A stretch of DNA of 64,000 bases from assembly GCF_009914755.1 (NCBI RefSeq), contig NC_060934.1, one strand, 5' to 3'. Position numbers and translations under genes: made by a program. Origin of the DNA: the human T2T-CHM13v2.0 reference genome, Homo sapiens. This document shows positions 41,705 to 54,398 of the stretch, in pieces. The notes under the pieces were generated by a model that saw only the letters and a program-made list of their open reading frames with translations, was not told where the DNA came from and did not search any database. Positions within the stretch are counted from its first letter, which is position 1; each line of letters opens with the position of its first letter.

Positions 41705-43906
41705 CTTTTCAACATAGTACTGGAAGTTCTAGCCACTGCAATAAAGCAGGAAAAACAAATAAATACATACTGGAAGGAAAAAAAATAAAACTGCCCTGTT
41801 TGCAGACAACAAAAAAAAAATCCCAAGGAAACTTAAAAAAAAAAAAAAACTCTTAGATTAGTAAGCAAGTTCAGCAAGATTGCAGGACACAAAATAAGTG
41901 TGCAAATATATAAATTGCTTTTGTATATGCTAATAATAAACATGTGAAAACAAATCAAAAACAATGCTACTATCTAAATTGATCTAATGAAAATGAAATA
42001 CTTATGTATAAACCTAACAAGATGTGTACAAAATTGTGCAATAAAATTACAAAATAATGATTAAAAAATCAAAATAAATCTAAAAAAATAGGTGTATTAC
42101 GTCCATAAATTAAAGGGCCCAACATAATAAATATGCCAATTTTCCCCGAATTGATCAGTAGGTTAAATGCAATTTCATTAAAATATCAACAAGATTTTTT
42201 GTAGACCTAGATGAACTTATTCTAAAACTTATTTGAAAAGGAACAAGCCCTAGAATAGCTAAAACAATCTTGGAAGAGTGGGGAGAAGCAAATTTGAGGG
42301 ACTCATTCTAACCAATGTTAAAGCTTGCTATAGAGCTACTGTAATCAAGACTGTGTGGTAGTGACAAAAGGACAGATACATGGAGCAAAAGAACAGAATA
42401 GGAAACCCAGAAATAGACCTATACAAATATGCTCAATTGATTTTTGACAAAGGAACAAAAGTAATTCAATGGAGAAAGGGTGACATTTTGAGAAAATGGT
42501 GCTGGAGAAATTAGATATCCATAGACAAAAATAAATAAACTTTATCCTGAGTCTCATACATTATACAAAAGTCAACTCAAAATGGATCATGGACTTGAAT
42601 GTAAATCAGAAAACTATAAGACATCTAAGGGAAAAAAAACTGTAAGAGAAAAGCTTTGAGACCTAGGGATAGGTAAAGAATTTATCATAACACCAAAGAC
42701 ATGATCCATAAAAGGAAAAACTTGATAAATTTTACTTCATCAAAATTAAAAACTTTTGCTCAGTGAAGAGAATGAAAAGGCAATCCACAGACTGAGAGAG
42801 AATATTTGTAAACCACTTACCTAACAAAAAACTACTACCTAGAATATATAAAGAACTCTCAAAACTCAACATTAGAAAAACAAAAACTTCAATTGGAAGG
42901 TAGACAAAATATAGGAGCAGACATCTCAGCAAACAGGATGTACAGACAGCAAACAGGCATGTGCAAAGGCATTTAACATCCTTAGCCATCAGAGAAATAC
43001 AAACTAAAACCTCAATGAGTGATTACTACATGCCTGTCAGTATAGCTAAAATTGAGGTAGTAACATCATCAAGTGTTGGTGTTAAGTGTAGAGAAACTAC
43101 ATCACACACGCATTGTTGGCAGGAAGGTAAGATGGTACAGCTTCTGGAAAAAAGTTTGGCAACATTTCTTTTAAAGCTAAAATGCAATTATCGTACAACC
43201 CAGCAATTGCACTCTTGGGCATTTATCCTGGAGAAACTAAATCGTATATTCACACACAAAGCTGTACAAGATTGTTCATAACAGCTTTATTCATAATATC
43301 TTAGAACTGGAAATAACAAATGTTCTTCCACGGGTAAATGCTTAAACTGTGTCACATCCATATTGTGGAATACCACTCAGAAATAAAAGGAACAAACTAT
43401 TGACAGATGCAGTATCCTAGATGAATCTCAAGTGAATTGTTCTGAGTAAAAAATTCCATTTCCAAAAGGTAATATACTGTACAGTTCCATTTATATAACA
43501 TTCTCAAAATATTTTGGAAACAGAGAACAGATTAATGGTTGGCAGAAATTGGGACATCAGGGGAAGGAATTGTGGGGAGGTGGGGATAGAAGAGCAGGAG
43601 GGATCCTGTGGTGTTGGAACTGTTCTGTGTGTGAACCGTGGTGGTGGATGCACAAGGCTACACGTGATAACAAAGCTAAATACACACACACTTAACATAC
43701 AAATGAGTACAAGTAAAAACAAAGAAATCAGACTAAGATCAATGGATTGTATCAATGTCAATATCGTGGTAGAGATATTGTAGATATACTTTGCAAAACA
43801 TAGTCACTGGTGAAACAGGGTAAATGGTACAACAGATCTCTTTGTATTATTTTTTATAACTTCACGAGGATCTACAATGTCTCAAAATAAGAGTATAATT
43901 TAAAAA
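41705..43906 (+). mobile_element. L1MC1/2-like, 5'-truncated
   Basis: Decayed ORF2 (ttcaacatagtactggaagttctagcc) and L1MC 3' UTR (ggattgtatcaatgtcaatatc...tctcaaaataa). Confidence 0.85.
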
Positions 43907-44099
43907 CAAAGTAATGAATACTCAAAAAAGTATACAGAAATGTGTGAACTGAAGCAGAATTCATTAAAAATATATTTTGCAAAACAGACCCAGTTTTCTG
44001 CAATTACTGTACTCTAGTTTGCAATAGTCTGAACCAGAGAACTTCTTGGGAAAGGCTTACAATGTACTTAATAAAATAAATAATAGTAAATAGTACCAC

Positions 44100-44300
44100 A
44101 CCATAGCACAGTGATTAAGACCATGAAATTTCTTGGCTGTATTATCTTAGGAGCAATACTTAACCTCTCCAATTTTCACTTTTCCTATCAGAAAATGACA
44201 ATCATAGTATCTAATTCACTGGGTGTTATGAGCACCAAAGGAAAGAATACATGTAAAGCACTTGGTATAGAGTTGGCAAATAATAAGAATTAATTAAACT
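44100..44300 (+). mobile_element. MIR
   Basis: acttaacctctc...catgtaaagcactt. Confidence 0.65.
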
Positions 44301-44412
44301 TAAATATGGCTTATTTATATTTGCTGTGGTGTTTGTTCTAGTACTAGTATGGGTTATATTTGGATTTAGAATATCAGTTTACTTCTAAATATCAGTTCAC
44401 TGGGACAAAAGG

Positions 44413-44424
44413 TCTCTCTCTCTC

Positions 44425-44499
<75 letters not shown>
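44413..44499. repeat. (CT)n(CA)n compound microsatellite
   Basis: Direct reading. Confidence 0.95.
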
Positions 44500-44501
<2 letters not shown>

Positions 44502-44559
44502 TTCAATTTACCAGAGACAGGTTAGGTACCTGTGACATAGAAATTCACTTAATTTTTTT

Positions 44560-44716
44560 ATTTTAAAATGTACAGTTATTATTTACTATAGTAACCCAAC
44601 TGTGCTATCAGATAGTAGTCTTATTCATTCTTTCTATTTTTTGTACCCATTAACTATTCCCCTTGCCCCACTCCCCAGGCCTCCACTACCCTTCCCAGCC
44701 TCTGGTGACCATCCTT
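44560..44716 (-). mobile_element. 157-bp L1MA1-4-like 3' UTR fragment flanked by a 20-bp direct repeat
   Basis: gaaattcacttaattttttt at 44540-44559 and 44717-44736; ccactacccttcccagcctctgg motif. Confidence 0.85.
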
Positions 44717-44914
44717 GAAATTCACTTAATTTTTTTTCAGAATCTCAGGGTTCTGTTTTCTTCTCTAGGAGAAATACCTTTGCATATCAAGTCAAGTATG
44801 AAATGATACATGGGCACCAAAATTAATGTGCACATTTCTGGTATATTCCAGTGATATTTCAGAGACATTTAAAGATAAAAATCCATGAATGCTGCCAGGT
44901 GGCCTCACTCCTTA

Positions 44915-45110
44915 TATATCTTGTATATCAACACTTACTATCCACTTTAATGCTCACAACAACACTATGGGGTAGGTGTTATTATTGTCATTTTACAGAT
45001 AAGGAAACTGAGGCTTAGAAAGATTAAGAAACTTGCCCAAGATCAGACAGCTAAAACCTACAAGCAAAACCTTAAACACTCATTTAACCAACTCTAAAGC
45101 CAAAGGTCTC
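44915..45110 (-). mobile_element. MIR
   Basis: ctcacaacaacactatggggtagg...ttttacagataaggaaactgaggc. Confidence 0.85.
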
Positions 45111-45564
45111 AAACATTCTATAAAAGTAAATGTCAAATCAGAAATTTATAAACTTTTATAAAAGATTTTCCACTCTCTTGTCCCTGAGGTGAAATACAGG
45201 CAGTATTTCACAAGATGATAGATACACTCTCAAAATTTAAAACTTGACTTACCGTAAAATGATCCGTTTGGCAAATGCCACAGGAGAACTGACTTACATG
45301 CACACATCTGTGTGTGTCTGTTTGTAATGAAAATTTTATTGGCCTGGTGATTTTAGATTCTAGTATATTAAAAATATAGTAAACTATTTTATGCTAAAAA
45401 TACAGTATACTACCTTATGACCAGCTATAAAAGCCTTTTGGATTCTAAGAATTGTTTCAGATTGGCCTAAGGCCTCAAACCCTAATAGGAAGCAGAGTGG
45501 TGACCTAAAAACTATACTTGGCCTTGATTCCTAACTTTGTCATTTTAATAACCTTCCTTGTGCT

Positions 45565-45760
45565 ATATACATCATTTGTCTTATCCCATTTTACCCTAAA
45601 CACAATCCTTTAGGGAAAGTACTTTTAGTATTGCCATTTCACAGGTAAAGAAAATGATGTTTTAAAAAGTCATGTACGCTGCCTGAGGTGACAAGAGCTC
45701 AGTATTCAGATTCCAGAGTCAAGTCAGGTGGCATCACTCCACAGCCATATTTGTGGCCAC
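45565..45760 (-). mobile_element. MIR
   Basis: ccatttcacaggtaaagaaaatga...gcctgaggtgaca. Confidence 0.55.
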
Positions 45761-45789
45761 TAATGACTTCCTGACTCTTTTGCCCTCTC

Positions 45790-45915
45790 CTGACCTCAGC
45801 AATTTATGTCACCTCTGTAAGCTTCAGTTTGCTCATCTATTAAGTTTTAAAATAATACCTTCCCTAAAAGATGTTTCTGAGAATTAAAAAAGATAATACA
45901 TGTAAATCACATTAA
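45790..45915 (+). mobile_element. MIR
   Basis: tgacctcagcaa...ctctgtaagcttcagtttgctcatct. Confidence 0.6.
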
Positions 45916-48161
45916 CTACAAAGAAATGTAGAATCTTCCCACTGCCCATCACTCACACTGTAACTGCCAGTGTCCACCAATAGAGAAATATGAACTAAGA
46001 AATTGATTCTAAATATACAAAAATAGAAGTATAAATAATATATATTCCTCCTGGGCTATAAGAATGAAAAGCCAGAATGTTCTCCCTGGCTTGCACAACA
46101 CTGGCTGTTTCTTCCTTGGCCCAGTCCTACTCCCAGAGCCAGAACATAAGCCAGATAGCTCTGATTTTGAGCATCTGTTTGCTCCTCCATCAGTCCCCAC
46201 AAGGAAGGATATGAGCTTTCTGTTGCCTTAGTTAATCCTTTGAACACAAAGAAAATTCCAAGGAGATTTTGTTGCGGTTCCTTTTTTATGCATGGAAGCA
46301 CTCAGCCTTCTGTCACAACTTTACCATCTGTCAATAAACGCTCTTATGAATCCATGTTCAGCATTCTAACAAATATGCCCCCATCTCTGCACACAAAAAA
46401 ATAATCTGGAAATTCTGGTCCCAAACAGGAGGATTAATGAACAAGGGATCTAGGGCATAGACAGGTTTCCATCAAGGAAGACTGAGTTTTGGTTCTGCGA
46501 TGATCCCACAGAACATCAGTTAACACAGAGAAATGTAAATTGCTGTCCATGTACAGTGAATGCTAAAGATGACAATGAGCAGATGTTTCTCTTCACTCCT
46601 GGAGAAATGGTCATCTGGTTTATCATTTCTTCTTGACCAGCCAAAGCCCAATGTCCCCAGGTCTTTTGCTTTCATTTTATCTCAACATTCTCTACACTTT
46701 GCCAGTCCTCCCTATATGACAGCTCTGGCTGTGACCTTGGAGAACTGTTTCCAGGTGGTCTCCAGGGATTTTTACTTCAATGCTCTCTGCCAATTTCAAG
46801 CACTTTATGGATTATATGTATGAAGCCAACTTAAAAATTCATAATAAATTCAAATTTTTAAAACCTAGCACCACCACTCATCTCATTGACTGGCATTATT
46901 TTATATGCATTTATATACATTCGTTCTGTATGTGGCACAGACTAATATTCAATAAATTCTAAAGTAATGAATGAGTATCAGAGCTAAGTCTATTCATTAG
47001 CTACTGACCACTAAAAGTAAACATTAAAGAAATGTTTGTTGATACTTTAGTTACAAATCTGATAAAGTAATAGTTTCTGGACCCATTAAGATTTAATTGA
47101 AATCTCAAAGTTAATTGAGTTGTACTAGTGTTGGTGGTTTAGAAACTAAATAATAAAGTTGAAATGTGCGAATCTGCTGATGATTAATTCACATTAGACA
47201 TAAGATTAAATCATTAAACTGCCTTAGATATTTTATTTTTGACTCACAAATAAAAATGAATGCATTTGTCATGATTTAACAATTTGTAGAGTCTACTTTT
47301 TTCTGCCTTAAATCAAGAGTTAAGTCATTGATAACATATTTTAATCAACTTTTAACTATTGAATTTTGATAGTTTATGAGCATTCTGTAAAAATATAAAG
47401 ATCTAGATTTAGAACACATTGGTGGTTATAACTATTTAGGAACTCAACACTCATCCTATTTTAGTAACTCTGGAAAATGAGGAATTATTATCAGTTTTCT
47501 AAATGGACTCTCATTTATCTGATCTTTGAGCACCTATTGTTCTGGATTGTATGGATTCCATATTGAACAGAAAAAGGACTCTGTCTTCAGAAGTGAACAT
47601 TCAGCTGAGTAGCACAAGGAAAGGCAGTTATTACAAGCAAAATTTAATTAGGTTTTTACTCTTATTGGTTGTTTCTTCCTCTTTATGTTGCTCATATTCT
47701 TTGTTCACGTTTTGAACATTGAAATGATATTACAAATCAGAATTCATGATAGCATACCAATGAATTCTGGTCCCAAAACCCAAGTAGATTGTGATAAAAT
47801 TTTTCCTTGATTAGAACTAACCTCTAGTTTGAGAGTGCATTGGATTTCATTTAATAAACTATGGTGACTTGTGCTTAGTGTATGAACCTTAACATTTATA
47901 ATAATTGCCAAACTTGCCTGATGTCTAATTCAGTTGTATTGTTAATATATTAACAATCTAATTATGGCAGTACGGTATTTAATCACATTTAATTATTTTA
48001 AATAGATATGCATTGAATAAAAAAATTGCTACAAAACAAAAACATGTTCACATAAAAATTAATAGCATATTTTGTGTAAGTTCATTGCAATTTGACATTT
48101 GCTCTGATTGACAAGTCAAGAGTGATTTGTTCCTGGAATAGCTTAGTTTATTTTAGCAGGC

Positions 48162-48470
48162 TTTTTTTTTTTTTTTTTTTTTTTTTTTTGAGATGGAGTC
48201 TTGCTCTGTCGCCCAGGCTGGAGTGCAGTAGCACGATCTTGGCTCACTGCAAGCTCCGCCTCCTGAGTTCACGCCATTCTCCTGCCTCAGCCTCCCTAGT
48301 AGCTGGGACTACAGGCGCCTACCACCACCCCCGGCTAATTTTTTTGTATTTTTAGTAAAGACGGGGTTTCACTGTGTTAGCCAGGATGGTCTCGATCTCT
48401 TGACCTCGTGATCTGCCCACCTCGGCCTCCCAAAGTGCTGGGATTATAGGCGTGAGCCACCGCGCCCGGC
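48162..48470 (-). mobile_element. AluY
   Basis: gcaagctccgcc, ttcacgccattc, gttagccaggatggtctcgatc diagnostics; T28 tail. Confidence 0.97.
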
Positions 48471-48747
48471 TGGAGTTTCGCTCTTTTTGCCCAGGCTGCA
48501 GTGCAATGGTGGATCTTGGCTCACCACAACCTCCGCCTCCTGGGTTCAAGAGATTCTCCTGCCTCAGCCTCCCGAGTAGCTGGGATTACAGGCATGTGCC
48601 ACCATGCCCGGCTAATTTCGTATTTTTAGTAGATACAGGGTTTCTCCATGTTGGTCAGACTGGTCTCGAACTCGCGAACTGAGGTGATCCGCCCACGTCA
48701 GCCTCCCAAAGTGCTGAGATTACAGGCATGAGCCACCACGCCGGGCT
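48471..48747 (-). mobile_element. AluSp/Sq lacking its 3' terminal bases and tail
   Basis: gagtttcgctctt, gtttctccatgttggtca diagnostics. Confidence 0.93.
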
Positions 48748-49852
48748 GCAGTCTTTTTTTTAAAAAACCATCCAATTCAAAATTCATTTATGTTCAGTCA
48801 CATAAATTGTGACTTGTTATTATAAGTTCCATATTTTAACAACCCAAATTATTATCTTTCTAACCATTCCCTGATTACTTCAATGGACCAAGATTTGTTA
48901 AAATGGCTAAATATCCACATGCAAAGAAAAAATAGTAAAGTAATATATAACAGGAGTTCTGCAATAAGAAAATATTCATAGTTAATTTATCCCACTTCCT
49001 ATTTACATGACAGTATATTAGAGACAGTTCTATTGATTCAGAATTTCTTATATTTTTACATCATTTACTCGATTTCTCAAGGTCTACAAACAAGTTACCA
49101 CTATCAGTTAAAAATCAGTGTTGCCAGTACTCAATTCAAATATCTATCCAACCACACATTTGATGAAAAAAATTTAGCAGAGAACAGGGAACATTGTCCT
49201 AAAATAGCACTATTTAAAAACAGGGATTTTTTAAAAGTCTATATCCATTATACCCATGGCCTTTGTGCTATTCTTGTGACTGAAAGCAACAAATTCGGAC
49301 CTTCAGGAATAGCAAAAGGAAGATATAAACATTTAATCATTTGGGAGCAAGACTGCAGGAAAACGTGCCATTACCCAGAACATTTATCACCGTTTGATGC
49401 AGTGAACATTTAATGTCCAAAATTGTCAGCAATTTTTTACAAGAAGCAACAGCTGAGAAATGCCAAAATCTATTTGATTTGAACATTTAAGTTGTATCTC
49501 AAGAACAACTTTGTAGAGAAGTTGCCAGGATCATTTCTTAAAAATAATTTCTGTTTAATTCTGTTTGGCTTCATAGGAAAATTTTTATGAGATTTGACAA
49601 TTACAGTTTTTTCATAAGAGCTATAGTAGTATACCAAAGAAATTATACCATAAAAATAACTTGATAATCAGTAGAGAAATATTAAAAGCTTTGAAACAAT
49701 ATTCTAAATCCTCTCTTTTAGTACTAGAATATAAAATACAGAATTTGAAAAAATAACTATGAGAATCATGAGAAAATGTCAAGAGAAGGTCTAGGGCCTT
49801 CTCTTATGGAGGCCTACCTCCATAAATGTTATTTGTGAATGACTTTGGGTGA

Positions 49853-50323
49853 CAGTGGTCCCCCTTTGTCTACCTAGGATACAGTCCAAGACCGCCAATG
49901 TATTCTTGAAACCACAATGGTACTGAGGGCTTTGTATACTAGGATTGCCCTATACATACATAGGTATGATAAAGTTTACTTTATAAATTAGGCACAGTAA
50001 GGGGCTAACAACAATAATATAATAAAATAGGTCTGTTACTATAATATACTGTAGTAAAAGCTATATATATGTGGTCAGTCTCTCTCCCTTTCTCTCAAAA
50101 TATCTTATTGTACTCATCCTTCTTCTTCTTGTAATGATATGAGATAATAAAATGCCTACATGATAGGATGAATTGAGGTAAATGATGTAGGAGTTGTGAC
50201 ATAGCACTTAAAAGTTATAAATTGTTTACTTCTGGAATTTTCCATTTAATATTTTTGGACCACAGCTGACCGTAGGCAACTGAAACCATGGAAAGTGAAG
50301 CCATAGATAATGGGGGACTACCG
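49853..50323. mobile_element. MER44 (Tigger7-family) MITE
   Basis: TIR-like cagtggtccccc / gggggactaccg + TA; tttataaattaggcacagtaag motif. Confidence 0.85.
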
Positions 50324-51534
50324 TATAAGTGTAAATCTCATTAGAAACAGCCAGGAAAGAATAAGATAACTAGCTTAGTTAACTAAGAACTTTTTGGAAA
50401 AAAATAATTTATAAGTTTCTCCATTTCACTAAGGATCCCAAAAACACATATGAGAACTAGAAGACTAATATATGGGCAATTTGAAGGGTATCAGTTTGAA
50501 ATTTTGGAAACTTTGGAATCTTTCGTCATGGCATCTTTCGGCAGTGACATAAATTGGGAGACTGTATACGTATGAATCATTATTGCCAATAATAACCCAA
50601 GGAAGTACATAGCTAATCTCTCAAATTAAAACTGATTTTAAATGACTCTAGCAACTTTTCTGTTTAGCTGAAAACATAGCCAATTGCTAGATTGAACATT
50701 TTTATGATGAAAATCAAAAATACTATTTTCTAAGGCTTAGTTATTGAAAAACACGTATGACACAACTTTTTCTATATGTCAATGATTCTTATTGCTTCCT
50801 TTTTCTTAGGCTTATGAGAGGGATGGTGAATAACACAAAATCTAGTGATGTTATTTATTAATGTTAGCAGTATATAATGTATGCAGGTTTGAGGCATGTG
50901 ACTTCACATGATTGAGTTTTAAGTACTAAGTGGGCTTCCTAGACAAATTTCATCCTTTCTACTACTGTGAATTCCAATCTCCACCAGAAGCCACAAAAAT
51001 ATATTTTCTGCTCCTGATATTCTGGGGCAACAATTTATCCTGTATAAAGATCTGAGAATTTCCTGTCCTATAAAAAGGGCGAGACTTTTAAAAACAATTT
51101 ATCTCATATAGCTGTGTCACAAAGTGTGAGACCAAATTCTTCTTGATTTATAACTATAATAGGCACAGAGCAGTATATTATAAAAGATATTGGTTTCCAA
51201 ATATGCTTAGAACATATTCTTTATGACTGGATGTATTTCTTTCCATTATAGTCAGCGAAATATGACATACACTTCAACTGGCTGAGAAAAAAGAGCTATA
51301 TCCTCTATCAAAGACAAATGGCTAAAGCAGAACTCTCAGATTTTCCTATAGAAGCAAATCTTTCAGCTGATTTATTTGGAGGCACTGTTGTTGTCCCAAA
51401 CTTTATAAGGTTAAGGGAAATGATCTAGTGAGAGCTTAGGTAGATTCCGAGACTTTATTCAAAAGTAAAATATTCGATGTTGTCATCAAGCAGATCCTGT
51501 AAGTTATTCTGTTGATTTTGAAAACAAGATAGGC

Positions 51535-51760
51535 ATCAGATTATTTCAAACTTTTCATTGCAAATAAGAAGTATCCATCTTGAATGAGCTTAAGCAGAGA
51601 GTATATTAAACATAAGGATGCTGGTTGCCTCAGAGAAGCCAAGTTGAGGAGTGGACCGAGGCCTCCACAACAAGCTAGAACTCAGGACTCAGAGCACCAT
51701 CATGGCTACTCTTGCTCTTCTATGCACTCCTCTCTATAAATCTGCTCTGATCTTCTCCCC
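51535..51760 (-). mobile_element. MLT1K/L LTR fragment
   Basis: ttgcaaataagaa...gcttaagcagaga...ctagaactcaggactc. Confidence 0.45.
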
Positions 51761-53414
51761 TTCCCTCCCTCTAATTCCACTTATCTCTTCTCCAAGACCC
51801 TCCCCTGACACCCAGTCTTGGATCAGTCTTGGACTCTGGACTTAAATGGAGGCAAATAATCTCTCTTCCAGAACTTGGGAGCTAGGATTGGATCTGTAAC
51901 ACGTAAATTGTAAGGGATTTAAACTGCCATAATGCCATTCTTGTCCATAAAGCACTTTAGTCTTCATCTTACATGACCCGCCTGCAACATGTAAAGTGAT
52001 CAACTACTACCTGTTTCTTGGAACTCTCCATCCCTACTTAAAAATTCAATTTAACATAAATAAGATTTGTATAAAGCAGTGGATGCCACCCAACCTCGAT
52101 GAACCTACAGATCTAGATTATGAAAAGACCAGAGGAAGTAGGAAATATTTCCATAGTGTTGTTATACGTATTTCCTCTTCCCAACCTTACAGGGAAACAT
52201 AAAATTCACAGAAGTTAATGGCAAAACAACCTTCAAAGAAATTTTAAGGATCATAGTATTTGCGAAGCACCTCGCCAAAATGTGGGTTAGAGAATCAGGA
52301 CAGTAACATACATGGAAGGACAATTAAGTGATTGAATAAACCAAAAGCTAAATATGAAATGAAAATGTCTGGTTAAGATTTCCACATGAAATTTTAATTA
52401 GCTCTAGTAATGAATGTTATTTCTAATGTGTAAATGTAAACATACTGCCATGGAAAATGTACTTGAATGTTTAATTAGGAGTTAACTTTGTCTCACTCTC
52501 AGTTTGGATTGTTAGTTAATATCCAGTTTTCATAAAATCTCAGTAAATAAACATGGTAGAGTAGAACTCCATGAAATAATAAGAGGTAAAGTTTAAATGC
52601 ACTTTTACCAGTTTCTACTCAGGAGTTTCCAAATTTATTAATTAAAAGCATCACTGAGACAGTCCACATAAATACATCCATTATTGCCATTTAGGAAATT
52701 TATGCTTATAGGTACCAAATTTGCATGCTATTCATAGTCCAATTTTTACTTAATTAAAAATTTGGAAAATTAAAAAATTATGCAATGACTATGTCTAAAA
52801 TTCATCAACCAGCAAAGCTGAAATATAGTATTGTCATTTTTAGAAGTTTCCTCCAGAAAGGTATTGAGGATTAATTAAGGATAAAATTTTTAAAGCATTA
52901 GGCCATTTCAAGCATCTATATAGCTAATAAGATTTAGACAAATGTGGCTTTATGCTAACCAAACTGAAATTTTATTCAAGAAGCAAAAATAAATATCTAC
53001 AAATGCAGTTAGAAATAGTCTGCAAAATACTAGATTTATGAAATCTCTTAAGCAGCCTCTAAAAAACATGGTGTGAGATTACATTTTAGTTTTGCTAATA
53101 TTAAAAACACAAGAATAGCTTTTCATGGGTTAGCTAATTAAGCCAAATGAAACAGAAATCATAACATATAAACAAAATTACTTATATCTCAATTCCTTTA
53201 TCTGATTGTGTATATCAATGTCATTATGATGTTGTGAAGCACAAATGCCAAAATGCCTTGAAAGTATATGATCATTTTCCCCTACGTGAGTCAATGTATT
53301 GGACTCCGTATTGGCTGTTTCAGAGTTAATACCATGTGTTTACCAAATCCTACTTCCATTTCCTCCTGGGCCTACAATTAGACTACATTCCCCAGTCTTC
53401 CCATGTGTTTGTAA

Positions 53415-53642
53415 TCTAAGAATGGCAATTCTATGCTTGAACTTGGCTAATTAATGGATTTTAGAAAAATGCACTGCATACTTTTTTTCACTTTCCAAGT
53501 TTTTAATTAAATAAAAATTGGACTATGAATAGCATGAAAATATGATGCCCATAAGCATGAATTTCCTAAATAGCAATAATGAATATTTTTATATAGATAA
53601 TTTCAGTGATACTTTTAATGAATGAAGTTTGAAATTTCTGAG
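53415..53642 (-). repeat. Old inverted duplicate of 52618-52844 (~80% identity)
   Basis: Manual alignment: 45 substitutions and 1 indel in 228 nt. Confidence 0.92.
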
Positions 53643-53770
53643 CTATAACATGTAGAAGTAAATCTAATGTTTAATTTATGTCTTCAATGGAATGTGTGCA
53701 GAAGTGATGTCTGCCACTTTCCAGCCAGACCTCGACAATCCTCCTGCATGGTCTTCCATACAGAAGCACA

Positions 53771-53826
53771 TTGTCTAAATCTTATTAGCTATATAGATGC
53801 TTGAAATGGCCTAATGCTTTAAAAAT
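53771..53826 (-). repeat. Perfect 56-bp inverted duplicate of 52886-52941
   Basis: Exact reverse complement. Confidence 0.97.
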
Positions 53827-54398
53827 GGTCAGCTGTCTGAAAGGACCCAGTGTAGAATACTGAGGCCCTAGGAAATGGTGGAGCCACAAGAGGAAAGAAG
53901 CCCAATTTCTAAACGAATATACAGAGAAAAACCCACCATAGCACTACACCGTACGGTCCGATGAGTGAGAAACAAAATTGTACTTTATTAAGATTTGAAA
54001 GTTGTAATAGCAGTTAGCCTGTGCTGATTTAAGAGCCTGACTTATGTCTAATAAGTGTATCACTGACCCTGGGGAATAATAAGCTGGAGACTTAAAGCAC
54101 GTTAAGTCCAAACCCATTACCATCAATGGGAAGTAAGTACACATGTAGGCTCGAGAGTTTCATTGCCACACAGTAATCTTTTATAAAAATGTGATTTAAT
54201 AAACAGCAATGGAATAATAATAGCTATTTAATATACATATGAGTCAGACACTGAGTCAAGCACTTGACATGCATTATCTCAATACATCTTCATGTCACTG
54301 TATAAGATAAGCAAGATTACCACCCCTATTTCATAGGTGGGAAAATTGAGTCTCAGAGAAGTTAAATACTGTATACATGGCCATGAAGATCATAACTC

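Larger units (their letters stand above)
53296..54033 (+). mobile_element. MLT1J-family LTR carrying two non-MLT1 inserts (53415-~53680 and ~53765-53826)
   Basis: tagactacattccccagtc / caatggaatgtgtgcagaagtgatg / gaggccctaggaaatggtggagccacaaga. Confidence 0.75.

Noticed and set aside
49033-49413. 126-aa ORF (also the 112-aa ORF at 56093-56431)
   Set aside because: No homology I recognise; composition and length are compatible with chance ORFs in AT-rich DNA.
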